The translations under genes were made by a program, and so were the position numbers. DNA of 64,000 bases from positions 32,001 to 96,000 of the forward strand of contig JBCCHT010000011.1 of the NCBI GenBank assembly GCA_039028615.1, read 5' to 3'. Positions 1-9,455 of this stretch are shown one piece after another (the stretch's first letter is position 1; the number at the start of each line of letters is the position of its first letter). The stretch is from Myxococcota bacterium (GTDB lineage: Bacteria > Myxococcota_A > Polyangia > Nannocystales > Nannocystaceae). Below the pieces are notes generated by a model. That model saw only the letters and a list, made by a program, of their open reading frames with translations, had not been told where the DNA came from and searched no databases.

Positions 1-663
1 TGGAACGCGGCGCTGGTCGGGTTCAGCGAGAGCGACGGACCCGACCCCACTTTGGTGATGGTGCTGTCCGCGACGGGCGTGGGCACCCCCGAGACCATGG
101 CGTGCTTCGCCACCGAGAACTCGAAGCGCGAGGACACCGACTGGAAGCCCAGCCCCGACGGCTTCGGCTACGTCGGGAAGAACGCGGCCATGCTCCCCGT
201 CGATCCGAACGCGATGGCCGTGGTCAGCCCCGACGTGGCGGAACAGGTCCGCGCCCGCATCGAGCAGGGCGGCCCGTCGGCGCTCGAGGGTCCGCTGCGC
301 ATCGCGGCGACGCGCATCGACACGAGCCAGCACCTGTGGGTGGTGGGCGTGCCCCCCGAGGAAACGGAGCTCACCACGGGCGTCTTGCTGCGGAACTTCT
401 CGGCCTCGGTCGATCTCACCTACGGCATCCGGTACTTCGTCGCGCTCGGCGTGGACGACCCGGGTGCCGCGAACACGACGCGGGATTTCTTCACCAGTCA
501 ATTGGACGGCATCGCCGGAATGACCACGGGCCTGGGCGTCCCGCCCGAGGTGATGGAGCGCGTCGAGATCAGCGTGATGGGCAACGCGACCACGATCAGC
601 GGCATGGCCACCGCGGACGAGCTCGAGCAGATTCAGCAGGCCATCGAGGCGATGGACCTCTAG
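1..663 (+). CDS. Hypothetical protein, 5'-truncated by window edge
   Basis: Frame 1 is open from base 1 to TAG at 661-663, with strong GC3 codon bias; no family recognised. Confidence 0.7.
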   Translation, partial: WNAALVGFSESDGPDPTLVMVLSATGVGTPETMACFATENSKREDTDWKPSPDGFGYVGKNAAMLPVDPNAMAVVSPDVAEQVRARIEQGGPSALEGPLRIAATRIDTSQHLWVVGVPPEETELTTGVLLRNFSASVDLTYGIRYFVALGVDDPGAANTTRDFFTSQLDGIAGMTTGLGVPPEVMERVEISVMGNATTISGMATADELEQIQQAIEAMDL

Positions 664-711
664 GGCAGGCGGCGTAACCGCGATGTCCCCCGCAACGTCG
701 AACGGATTGGC

Positions 712-1902
712 ATGAGCGCATACGCCATCACCGTGTGGGGGGCCTACGGGGCCCTCGTCCTCGCCGCCTTCGCCCGTAACCGGGTCTTTGGCGTCTTCGC
801 CGTCGTCATCCTGTCGTTCCCCGCGGCGGTGGGCCTGGCGCTGCAGGACTCGCTCGGGTGGCTGGGCGACGCGATGCCCTTCTTCCAGCTGGCCACCGCC
901 ATCCAGATCGGCTCCATCATGTGGAAGCCGCGCATGAAGGGGTGGCCGTGGCGCCTGCTCGTGAGCTGGCCCGCCTACTGGTTCATCTCGGCCACGTTCC
1001 TCGCGTTTCCCTGGGCGATTGCCGCCGCGTTCGGCCTGACCCCCTACGGCGCGTTCATCCCCTTCGCGCTATCGGCGGGCGGCCTGGTGCAGTCGCTGTG
1101 GACACGCGAAGAGACGGTCGACCTGCGCCTTCGCCCCGAGCGCAACGCGGGCGAGCTGCGCCGCTTCACCGAGGGCCGCGGCGCGCCCGTCGACGCGGAC
1201 GACACCACGCCGCTGACCATCGTGCAGATCACCGACCCACACCTGGGTCCGTTCATGTCCGTCGAGCGTCTGCGCCGGATCTGCGAGCGCGCCGTCGCCC
1301 GCGAGCCCGACCTCATCCTCATCACGGGCGACCTCATGACCATGGAGTCCCACGACCTCGAGACGGTCGCCCGCGCCATCGAACCGCTACGCGCCTACGA
1401 AGGCCGCGTCTTCGCCTGCCACGGCAACCACGACCACGAGGCCCGCGAGGTCGTCCGCCTCGCCTACGAGCGGACCGGCGTGCGACTGCTCGTCGACGAG
1501 GCGGCCACCGTCACCACCGCAGCGGGGCGGGTGCAGATCGTCGGGCTCGACTTCGTGTGGGGCCGGGCTCGGGCCGCGCACATGCAGGCCGTCTGCGACG
1601 CCTACCCGCGCCAGCCCGGGGTCAAGCGCCTGCTGCTGCTGCACGACCCGGGCGCGTTCAAGCACCTGCCCGAGGGTGAGTCCGACCTCGTACTCAGCGG
1701 CCACACCCACGGCGGCCAGGTCGGCCTGCTGTCCTTCGGCAGCCCCGCCACCTTCCTGTCGCTGTTCACCAAGATGCCCGACCACGGCGCCTGGGCCCGC
1801 GGCCACGACCGCATGTACATCCATCGCGCCCAGGGTCACTACGGCTTCCCCATTCGGTTGGGCGTGCCCGCCGAGCAGAGCCTGCTGCGCGTGTGGAGCT
1901 GA
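712..1902 (+). CDS. Membrane-anchored metallophosphoesterase (calcineurin-like, YkuE/YaeI type)
   Basis: N-terminal TM segments; motifs DPHLG, ITGDL, HGNHDH, LLHDP, SGHTHGGQ. Confidence 0.9.
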   Translation: MSAYAITVWGAYGALVLAAFARNRVFGVFAVVILSFPAAVGLALQDSLGWLGDAMPFFQLATAIQIGSIMWKPRMKGWPWRLLVSWPAYWFISATFLAFPWAIAAAFGLTPYGAFIPFALSAGGLVQSLWTREETVDLRLRPERNAGELRRFTEGRGAPVDADDTTPLTIVQITDPHLGPFMSVERLRRICERAVAREPDLILITGDLMTMESHDLETVARAIEPLRAYEGRVFACHGNHDHEAREVVRLAYERTGVRLLVDEAATVTTAAGRVQIVGLDFVWGRARAAHMQAVCDAYPRQPGVKRLLLLHDPGAFKHLPEGESDLVLSGHTHGGQVGLLSFGSPATFLSLFTKMPDHGAWARGHDRMYIHRAQGHYGFPIRLGVPAEQSLLRVWS

Positions 1903-1956
1903 GCCCGCAAGCCCGGGGTGTGGCATGGCCGCGGCGGCTGTTAGCCTGTCGCCGCC

Positions 1957-2877
1957 ATGCCTGCTCGCCTGTGCCACATCGCCTGCCTCGCCACGCTGCT
2001 CGGCCTCGCGTGCAAGCCCCCCGGGACCCCGACCGAGCCCACCGAAGAGCCGCTGCCGCAACCCGTGCCTGCCCCCGCTCTCGACACGGCAGAAGTGCCC
2101 GAGACCACCAACACGGGCATCCTCGACGAGGCCGACTTCGCCGCGCTGCACCAGCTCACCGACGACAAAGCGCCGCTGCCCCGCGGTGAAGAGCTCGAGC
2201 TGGCGGGCGCTCGCGTGTACCTGTCGCTGCCCGCCGAGGCCACCGCGCCGCTGCCCGCCGTCGTGGTGATTCACGAGTGGTGGGGGCTCAACGAGCACAT
2301 CAAGCACTGGACCGATCGCCTCGCCGAAGATGGCTACGCCGCGCTGGCCGTCGACCTGTACGGAGGCCAAGTCGCCACCGATCGCGAGACCGCGCTGGCC
2401 CTGATGAAGGGCGTCGACGAAGCCCGGGCCCAGGAGATCCTCGCCGCCGCCCACCAGTTCCTCGCCGACGACGGCCGCGTGAAGGCGGACAAGCGCGGCG
2501 TCGTGGGCTGGTGCTTCGGCGGTGGCTGGTCGCTGCAGCACGCCCTCAGCCACCCGGACCTCGATGCCGCCGTCATCTACTACGGACGTCTCGAGACGGA
2601 CCCCAAGGTGCTCGGCACGATCAACGCCCCGGTGATGGGTGTGTTCGGCAACCAGGACGCCGGCATCCCGCCCGCTGCCGTCGATGCCTTCGCCGACGGG
2701 ATGAAGGACGCGGGCAAGTCGCTCACCGTGCACCGCTACGACGCCCAGCACGCCTTCGCGAACCCCTCGAGCGGTCGCTACAACCCCGAAGCCGCCGAGG
2801 ACGCCTGGGGCCACGCGCGGGCGTTCTTCTCCGAGCACCTCAAGGGCGAGTCCGGCGGCAGCGACACCGAGGAGTAA
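1957..2877 (+). CDS. Dienelactone hydrolase family lipoprotein
   Basis: Lipobox LGLAC; HEWWGLN, GWCFGG nucleophile motif, HAFAN. Confidence 0.9.
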   Translation: MPARLCHIACLATLLGLACKPPGTPTEPTEEPLPQPVPAPALDTAEVPETTNTGILDEADFAALHQLTDDKAPLPRGEELELAGARVYLSLPAEATAPLPAVVVIHEWWGLNEHIKHWTDRLAEDGYAALAVDLYGGQVATDRETALALMKGVDEARAQEILAAAHQFLADDGRVKADKRGVVGWCFGGGWSLQHALSHPDLDAAVIYYGRLETDPKVLGTINAPVMGVFGNQDAGIPPAAVDAFADGMKDAGKSLTVHRYDAQHAFANPSSGRYNPEAAEDAWGHARAFFSEHLKGESGGSDTEE

Positions 2878-2887
2878 AACGAACGAA

Positions 2888-2904
2888 TTGACCGATTTCG
2901 GTCA
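2888..2904 (+). promoter_or_regulatory. TTGACC -35-like box overlapping a perfect dyad TGACCGA-tt-TCGGTCA
   Basis: 7-bp inverted repeat in the AT-richer gap upstream of the Coq4-like gene. Confidence 0.45.
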
Positions 2905-2972
2905 TCGAGTTCAAAAATCGTGTTCCGAGGGGTTTCGCGGGCTCGCAGGGGACTTACCGTAGGCCCACGACC

Positions 2973-3602
2973 ATGAACCGCTGGGCACTGCTTCGGGAGA
3001 TCCGCACCGCAATGAACGAGCCGCATCGCATCGGCGACGTGGCCGCCTACAAGGGCGAGCTGGGCAAGGCCCGGGCGCGGCCCGAGGTGGAAGCGCAGCT
3101 CGACGCGGTCCGTGGCTATCACCCGCCGATCGATCTGGCCGCGCTGGCGCAGCTGCCCGCGGGAAGCTTCGGCCACGAGTACGCCCGCTTCATGACCACG
3201 CATCGGCTGCATCCCATCGTGCCCACCGCCGCCGTCGATGCGGCGATCGTCGCCAGAAACGCCTTCACGGTGCGCTACGCGGCGATCCACGACATGGTGC
3301 ACGTGCTCACCGGGTTCGACACCACGTGGCCGGGCGAGGCGGGGGTGTGGGCCTTCGTCGGCGGTCAGAACTACAGCCTCGGCTTTCGCATCGCCGCCGT
3401 GTTCTCGCTGTTGGTCGCGCCGTTTCGTTCGCCGCTTCGCATCCTCACCGCGTGGCGGAACTGGCGGCGCGGTTGGGCGATGGGGCGCACGGCGACGACC
3501 GTCCTGCCCCTGCGGCTCGAGGAGCGCTTCGAGCAGCCGCTCGCCGACGTCCGGGCCGCCCTCGGGATCGAGGGCGCCACCGCCGGCTATCTCCCCGCCT
3601 GA
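2973..3602 (+). CDS. Coq4 family protein
   Basis: L..LP.GSFG.EYA.FM followed by the metal-binding motif HDMVHVLTGF..T..GE. Confidence 0.8.
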   Translation: MNRWALLREIRTAMNEPHRIGDVAAYKGELGKARARPEVEAQLDAVRGYHPPIDLAALAQLPAGSFGHEYARFMTTHRLHPIVPTAAVDAAIVARNAFTVRYAAIHDMVHVLTGFDTTWPGEAGVWAFVGGQNYSLGFRIAAVFSLLVAPFRSPLRILTAWRNWRRGWAMGRTATTVLPLRLEERFEQPLADVRAALGIEGATAGYLPA

Positions 3603-3679
3603 GCCCTCTCAGGCGGTTTTGGTGCCCGCCGAAGGCAAAGTCGGGACGGTTTGTCTCGACTGAAGACCGGACACCACGC

Positions 3680-3715
3680 TGGACATCAGTCGGACAATTG
3701 TCATACTCGATGACA
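3680..3715 (+). promoter_or_regulatory. Putative promoter/operator for the HTH gene (TGGACA-N16-CATACT; dyads GACAATTGTC and TGTCAT-N5-ATGACA)
   Basis: Two overlapping palindromes and three GGACA repeats; the -10-like box ends 7 nt before the ATG and there is no RBS. Confidence 0.45.
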
Positions 3716-4017
3716 TGCCTTCCGCCGCGGAAGTCCTGGCCTTGCGCCAGCGCCTACGCATGAATCGGACCGAGTTCGCGCGCCTTTGCGGGGTCGATGC
3801 CCGCACGGTGTCACGATGGGAAACCGAGGGAGGGCCCAGGCCCACGGGGGCCGCAGCCGCGGTGATGACTGCGATCGGCGAAAAGCTGGACGCCGATCCC
3901 AGCAACGCCAAACGCGTGATCAAATTCTTGGGTACGGCCGCGGCGGTTGGAGGGCTCGCCTACGTCTTGCTCAAGTTGCTCGGAAAACTCAACTCCAGCG
4001 CAGACGAACAATCATGA
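3715..4017 (+). CDS. XRE/HigA-like helix-turn-helix protein with hydrophobic C-terminal helix
   Basis: LRQRLRMNRTEFARLCGVDARTVSRWE is a classic cro/XRE HTH. Confidence 0.8.
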   Translation: MPSAAEVLALRQRLRMNRTEFARLCGVDARTVSRWETEGGPRPTGAAAAVMTAIGEKLDADPSNAKRVIKFLGTAAAVGGLAYVLLKLLGKLNSSADEQS

Positions 4018-4256
4018 TGAACAAGACCCAATGCCCTCACTGCGACCACGAGGTCGCGATCCACAGCTCTTTGCCCCGCATGGGTGCCGTCCTCGGTGCC
4101 GCGGTCGGTGCTGCGTCTCGGCGTGGCCTCGGGCTGGGTGGGCTCGTACGCGGTGCCGCCATCGGCGGCGGGGTGGCGTACGTGCTGGAGCGCATGATCG
4201 GCAAGCACTGTCCGTCGTGTCACGGCACGATGGACAAGCCGCAAGCGCAGAGCTGA
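4014..4256 (+). CDS. Small CxxC / glycine-zipper / CxxC protein (80 aa)
   Basis: ATGA overlap with the HTH gene stop; CPHC ... GAVLGAAVGA ... GAAIGGG ... CPSC. Confidence 0.7.
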   Translation: MMNKTQCPHCDHEVAIHSSLPRMGAVLGAAVGAASRRGLGLGGLVRGAAIGGGVAYVLERMIGKHCPSCHGTMDKPQAQS

Positions 4257-4267
4257 AACGATCGCAG

Positions 4268-4298
4268 CCCTGCGGCACACCCTTTGCGTGCCGCAGGG
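4268..4298 (+). terminator. Perfect 11-bp hairpin after the two-gene module
   Basis: CCCTGCGGCAC-N9-GTGCCGCAGGG with a weak U-tract; it also contains a GGCAC-N5-TTGC sigma54-like match. Confidence 0.5.
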
Positions 4299-4405
4299 AT
4301 TCGACCGCTCCCCGCCCCTTTCAACCCATCCGTGGGCCGCCCATGGAGCCAGCCGAGCTTCGAGTCTCGCTCTGATGATGGGAACGCAATACACTGCTCG
4401 TCTAC

Positions 4406-4795
4406 ATGAGCCGTGGCTTCGTCATCGCCCTCACCACGCTGATCCTCGGCGTCGGGATCATGTACCTGGTCGACCCCGCGGGCTCGATGGAAATCGCGGA
4501 GATCGACATCACGTCCGCGCCGGGGCGCACGGAGATTCGTGGCATGTACGGCGGGCTTCACCTCGCCCTGGGGCTGTTCATGCTGGCCCGTGTACGCGCA
4601 CGCCCACGCGAACTGGCCCACGCGCTGCAGTTGGCGGGGTTGGTGTTCGGCTGTGTCGCGTTCGGGCGTGTGCTGGGCTTCGCCGTCGATGGCGAGGCCG
4701 ACCTCTACAACATGGTCGTGACGGCGATCGAGACCGCGATCTCGTCGCTGTCTTGGGTGCTGTGGCGGCGCGCGAAGGACTCGCGCGAGGCATGA
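4406..4795 (+). CDS. DUF4345-like membrane protein
   Basis: Four hydrophobic segments; TEIRGMYGG and GRVLG motifs. Confidence 0.7.
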   Translation: MSRGFVIALTTLILGVGIMYLVDPAGSMEIAEIDITSAPGRTEIRGMYGGLHLALGLFMLARVRARPRELAHALQLAGLVFGCVAFGRVLGFAVDGEADLYNMVVTAIETAISSLSWVLWRRAKDSREA

Positions 4796-4819
4796 CCCGT
4801 CGGGCCCGCTTTTCGGTGA

Positions 4820-5983
4820 TCAGTGCGCCGCCGGGGTGACGTCGCACCGAGCCAGCCACCCGCGTAGCCGCGTGAGCTCGGGGTCTTGCTCGGGACGTAC
4901 GGGCTCCAAGATCGCCAGCGCTTCATCGAAGCTCTCACGCGCGGCCGCGAACTCTCCCAGCTCGACCAACGCAGCCCCCACATGACCGTGATCGGCCGCC
5001 GTGGTGGCGTGCTCGGGGCCGAGCACCACGATATCGATCGCCAGCGCTTGCCGATGAGCGTCGAGCGACTCCTCCCACCGCCCCATGCGACCGAGCGCGA
5101 CGCCGAGGTTGGTGAGGCTCGCGGCCGTGGCCGGATGCTCGGGACCCAGCGCGGCGGTGCGCACATCGACCGCCCGCTCGAGGTAGTCGATCGCCTCTTC
5201 GAAGTGCTCGCGCTCGGCCTCGATGACCCCGAGCGCGTTGAGAGACGCGCCCACCGAGCCATGCGACGGACCGAGCACTTCGCTCATGACCCGATGGCCC
5301 GAGACCGCGGCATCGTAGGCCGCATCGGCTTCGCCCTGGGCCAGCAGCGCGAGCGAGAGATTGTGATAGGCGGCCCCGCGCACGGAGTCCTCGGTGGCGT
5401 GCTCGAGCACCCAACGCAGATGCAGGATGGCGCCCGCCGGGTCGCCCTGCTCGTAGTGCAGTAGACCCAGGTTGACCTTGGCCAAGGGGGTGACCGCGGT
5501 GCGCCGCCGCCCCTGGGCATCGCGACGCAGCGCTTCGCCGTAATCTTCGCGAGCCTGGTCCTCGTGCCCGGCCATGTGACGCCGTCGGGCCTCGAGGTGA
5601 ACACGTGCGGCGGACGACAGCAGCAGGCCATCGGCCAGATCGCGCTCGACCTGGAGGTCACGCTCGCACGCTCGCTCGGCCAGCTCCCACGACCCTTGGG
5701 CGGCGACGACCCCCGGCAGATCGCAGTGACCCGTCTGCCGCGCGAGGGCATCGGACTCGTCGTCGAGCTCGGGCAAGGTCACCGCGAGCACGAAGTCGCC
5801 CCCGGTCGCCTCGCTGCCCCCGCTCGCCTCGCTCGCTGTCGCCCCGGGGGGCACGGCGGCCGACATTGCCCCGGGGGTCGACGCGGTGGCGTGGGTGGGG
5901 GACATCGACGGGCGCGCAGCACAAGCGCTCAGGCAAACACTGCACGCGAGGCCCAAGAGGAACTCGCGAAGCTTCACGTTCAT
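4820..5983 (-). CDS. Tetratricopeptide-repeat lipoprotein
   Basis: Lipobox LSAC; kinesin-light-chain-type TPR units such as LGPEHPATAASLTNLG. Confidence 0.8.
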   Translation of the reverse strand: MNVKLREFLLGLACSVCLSACAARPSMSPTHATASTPGAMSAAVPPGATASEASGGSEATGGDFVLAVTLPELDDESDALARQTGHCDLPGVVAAQGSWELAERACERDLQVERDLADGLLLSSAARVHLEARRRHMAGHEDQAREDYGEALRRDAQGRRRTAVTPLAKVNLGLLHYEQGDPAGAILHLRWVLEHATEDSVRGAAYHNLSLALLAQGEADAAYDAAVSGHRVMSEVLGPSHGSVGASLNALGVIEAEREHFEEAIDYLERAVDVRTAALGPEHPATAASLTNLGVALGRMGRWEESLDAHRQALAIDIVVLGPEHATTAADHGHVGAALVELGEFAAARESFDEALAILEPVRPEQDPELTRLRGWLARCDVTPAAH

Positions 5984-6069
5984 TGGCTACCGTGACCGCA
6001 GGGACTGCATTTCAGTGCCGTGCGGCCCGGGTTGGGTTTCGTGTCCGCCGAAAAACGGCGGAGCGCGCC

Positions 6070-7035
6070 CTACAGCGAGTCGACGCAGTCCAGCGCCGTC
6101 TGCGGTGCCGCCAAGGTGCGACACGGCCCGCTCAGCCCCAGCGTGGCCACGGGTAGCAGGAGGCCCGCCGTGTCCAGCGTGAACAACGAGCTGCCGCTGC
6201 ACAGGTAGAGCCCGTCGTCGTTGGGGTGCACGGCCAGGCCGGGATCGGTGACGTCCTCCGTCAGCGCCTCGATCGGCGTGGTCATCCCGCTGGTGATGTC
6301 GACGGAGTAGAGAAAGTCGTTGTCCCCCTCGACCGCATAGGGGGCCGAGATGGCGTCCGACCAGGCGACCGACGCGGTGCCGTACATGAAGCCGACGTAG
6401 CCGACGGTGGTGGCGAGACCCGTGGTGGCGTCGACCCGCACCACCGCATCGAGGGCGGGGTCGATGCCGACGAGCAAGCCCTCTTGGATCTCGGGCCCGA
6501 GCCCCAGAGTGATGGGTCCCAAAGAGGTCGGCCCGATGATCTGGAAGCTGCAGTTGCAGGGGTTGATCTCGTCGATGCGATTTTCCGCGGCGTTGTGACC
6601 GATGAGGGTGCCGTCGCGCAGGAACACGAGGCTGTCGTAGTTCACGGTGGGCGCGAGCTCGCAGACCTCGGTCGTGTCGCCACCCAGGCCGACTCGCATC
6701 AGCCGGGGCGGGTTGCTGCCGTTGTCGACGGTCAGCAGCCAGTCACCCGGGTCGCCCCCGCCCGCCGAGGTCTCGCCCGACTCGCTGCCGCTGTCGGCCG
6801 GGCCATCGTCGGTCGTCTCCATCCCGGTGGTGGAGGTGCTGGGGTCGGGCGTCGGGGTGCCCGTGGTGGGATCGTCGGTCGCCACCGCGTCGTCGTTCGT
6901 CGTGCCGCCGCTGGCCGTGGAGGTGCCACCGGAGTCCACCATGGCGGTGTCTCCCCCACCTTCTTCGTCGCCATTGCCGTTACAGGCGGTCGCAAGCAGC
7001 AGGAGCACGGACGAGGAGCAAGCCAAGGTACGCAT
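6070..7035 (-). CDS. Hypothetical lipoprotein (Thr/Gly/Ser linker + beta-propeller-like domain)
   Basis: Start MRTLACSSSVLLLLATAC (lipobox); low-complexity linker; beta-rich C-terminus. Confidence 0.7.
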   Translation of the reverse strand: MRTLACSSSVLLLLATACNGNGDEEGGGDTAMVDSGGTSTASGGTTNDDAVATDDPTTGTPTPDPSTSTTGMETTDDGPADSGSESGETSAGGGDPGDWLLTVDNGSNPPRLMRVGLGGDTTEVCELAPTVNYDSLVFLRDGTLIGHNAAENRIDEINPCNCSFQIIGPTSLGPITLGLGPEIQEGLLVGIDPALDAVVRVDATTGLATTVGYVGFMYGTASVAWSDAISAPYAVEGDNDFLYSVDITSGMTTPIEALTEDVTDPGLAVHPNDDGLYLCSGSSLFTLDTAGLLLPVATLGLSGPCRTLAAPQTALDCVDSL

Positions 7036-7060
7036 CGAAGTCCCTGAATTGTCGAAGAGG

Positions 7061-7690
7061 ATGGGACGCGCCGCAAGCTCGGTGCTATGGAAGGGCACGG
7101 TGCGCTCTGACCCGACCATACCCGCCGATCTCGGCGCACGGCTGCTGCCCATCGCGGGTCCGCTGCCCGAAGTGCCGCCAGACTTGCGCCTGGCCGCGGT
7201 CATCGCCCTGCTGATGCGCGATACGCCCGCGGGGGGTCCGGGGCTGCTGCTCATCGAGCGCTCCAGCTCGTTGCGCGCCCACGCGGGGCAGATCGCCTTT
7301 CCCGGGGGCAAGCCCGAACCCGAGGACGGCACCCTGCTCGACACCGCCCTCCGCGAGGCTCGCGAAGAGGTCGGCCTGCCCGAGTCCGGCACCACCGTGC
7401 TCGGTCGCCTGTGGCCCGTGCCCACGCCCACCGGGTTCCTCATCATTCCGTACGTGGGCTGGGCACCCGAGGGCTGGGTCCCGGAGGCCACCAGTCCCGA
7501 GGTCCATCACATCCTCACCCCCACCCTCGCCCTGCTCGCCGACCCGGCCATCCATCGGGTGACCCACCGCGGGATGTTGCGCGGGTTCGCCTACGAGCTG
7601 CACGAGTTCAAGGTGCACAAGCCGGCCATCTGGGGCGCGACCGCCAACATGGTGTGGGAGCTGCTGCTGCACCTGGACCTGCGGCCATGA
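7061..7690 (+). CDS. NUDIX hydrolase, CoA pyrophosphatase type (start 7061 ATG or 7100 GTG)
   Basis: HAGQIAFPGG ... TALREAREEVG Nudix box; IWGATA. Confidence 0.88.
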   Translation: MGRAASSVLWKGTVRSDPTIPADLGARLLPIAGPLPEVPPDLRLAAVIALLMRDTPAGGPGLLLIERSSSLRAHAGQIAFPGGKPEPEDGTLLDTALREAREEVGLPESGTTVLGRLWPVPTPTGFLIIPYVGWAPEGWVPEATSPEVHHILTPTLALLADPAIHRVTHRGMLRGFAYELHEFKVHKPAIWGATANMVWELLLHLDLRP

Positions 7691-8745
7691 GCCTCGACGC
7701 CGCGCTGCTGGCCGAGCTGGCCGCGCTCGCCCACGACGAGGGCCTGATGCGGCTGTCGGCGGTGCGGCTCGATCATCCCGGCTTCGTCCCCGCGCAGGCC
7801 GAGCTCGATCGCTTCCTCGACGAGGGGCGCCAGGGCGAGATGGACTTCCTCGCCCGCACCCGCGAGCTTCGCAAAGACCCCGCGCCGATGCTCCCGGGCG
7901 CAAAGACGGTGGTGATGGTCGCCGTGCCCTACCGCGGGCAGGCCGGGCCCGTCGCTCGCTATGCCCAGAGCGCCGACTATCACTCGGTCATGTTTCGGCG
8001 ACTCGACCGGCTCGCCACGCACCTGCAGGCGCGGCTCCCCGACGAGCAGAGCCTCGTGTGCGTGGACACCAAGCCTCTGCTCGAGCGGGCTGCCGCGGCG
8101 CTGGCTGGCCTCGGCTTCGTGGGCAAGCACGGCTGCGTGATCGTGCCCGGACTAGGCTCCTACGTGCTGCTCGGTGCCCTGCTCACCACCGCCGCCCTGA
8201 CCAAGCCCGACACTGTCACCGACCTGCACAAGGCCATGTGGGACGCGTGTGGGCAGTGCACGCGCTGCCTCGACGCCTGCCCCACCGATGCCTTCGACGC
8301 ACCCGGCCGCCTCGATCCGCGCCGCTGCATCTCGTACCTGACCATCGAGCACCGCGGGCCCATCGAGCCCGAGCTCGCCGACGCGATGGGCGAGCGCGTG
8401 GCCGGCTGCGACGTGTGCCAAGAGGTGTGCCCCTACAACGGCGGTCGCGAGCGTGATTCTCGAGTGCCCGAGGTCGCGTGGCTCGAGCCGCCCGTGGGTC
8501 CGCCGCGCGACGCCGAGCTGACCACCCTGGCCAACATCCGCAGCGCTCGCTACCGGGCCTTCGTCAAGGACACCGCGCTGCGACGGATCCCGCGTCGGGC
8601 CATGCGACGCAATGCACTGCTGGCGTTGGGCAACCGGCCGGGGCCGCTCGCCGACGAAGAACGCCAGGCGCTCGAGCACGCGGCGGCCGACGACGAGCCC
8701 CAAGTCAGCGCCGCCGCCAAGCGAGCCCTCGAGCGTCGGGGCTGA
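7687..8745 (+). CDS. queG: tRNA epoxyqueuosine(34) reductase QueG
   Basis: ARYA..DYH, VDT.PLLER, GKHG, CGQCTRCLDACPT, RCISYLTIE, GCDVCQEVCPYN; ATGA overlap with the NUDIX gene. Confidence 0.92.
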   Translation: MSLDAALLAELAALAHDEGLMRLSAVRLDHPGFVPAQAELDRFLDEGRQGEMDFLARTRELRKDPAPMLPGAKTVVMVAVPYRGQAGPVARYAQSADYHSVMFRRLDRLATHLQARLPDEQSLVCVDTKPLLERAAAALAGLGFVGKHGCVIVPGLGSYVLLGALLTTAALTKPDTVTDLHKAMWDACGQCTRCLDACPTDAFDAPGRLDPRRCISYLTIEHRGPIEPELADAMGERVAGCDVCQEVCPYNGGRERDSRVPEVAWLEPPVGPPRDAELTTLANIRSARYRAFVKDTALRRIPRRAMRRNALLALGNRPGPLADEERQALEHAAADDEPQVSAAAKRALERRG

Positions 8746-8889
8746 GCGATCGAGCCATCGGCATCGGTACGCTTCGTTCCCCCGGAGCAGCCGGCCATCG
8801 CCTCGAAAAAAGGACGACCGAAAGTACATCTCGCAGTGCTGGATTCCGACGCGCGTGGACACGTAGTGGGCGCCCCCCCATTCCACGCC

Positions 8890-9414
8890 ATGCACTACGA
8901 TTCCACGCTCGCCAACCTCAGCGTCTTGCTCACCCTCACCCCGCTCGTCGTCGGCTGTGGCTCGGACGACGACACCGAGGACTCCCCCGCCAGCGTCGTC
9001 CAGTCCGAGACCGAGGGCGCGAGCGAGACCTGGGCCGAAGCCGGCTCCGAGACGGGAGACGCCGCCGACGACACGACCGGCTCGGGCGAAGAAGTCGGCG
9101 ACGACGACCCGCTGCCCGCCACCACCACGGGCAGCAGCTGCGAGTCTCCCTTCGAATTCGAGAAGGTCGACCCGGTGTGCACCACCCTCGCGGAAGCAAT
9201 CAACGGGTGCGATGTCTCGCTGTGGGACTGCCCCGACGCCGCGGCCGATTATTGCGAATACACGCTCCGATACACCTATAGCTACGGCCCCGAGTGTTCC
9301 GAGGCGTACCACGATCTGTTCGCGTGCATGTCCGCGCTCGACTGCGCCGGACTCAACGAGCCCCTGCCCTGCGCCGCCGAGATGTCGTACGTCGAGTCCG
9401 CCTGTGAGTGGTAG
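8890..9414 (+). CDS. Cys-rich hypothetical lipoprotein
   Basis: Lipobox VVGC, acidic linker, Cys-rich C-terminal domain. Confidence 0.7.
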   Translation: MHYDSTLANLSVLLTLTPLVVGCGSDDDTEDSPASVVQSETEGASETWAEAGSETGDAADDTTGSGEEVGDDDPLPATTTGSSCESPFEFEKVDPVCTTLAEAINGCDVSLWDCPDAAADYCEYTLRYTYSYGPECSEAYHDLFACMSALDCAGLNEPLPCAAEMSYVESACEW

Positions 9415-9455
9415 CGAAGTCGGCGTCGTCCCGCGACACGGGGTAGGATGGTCGG

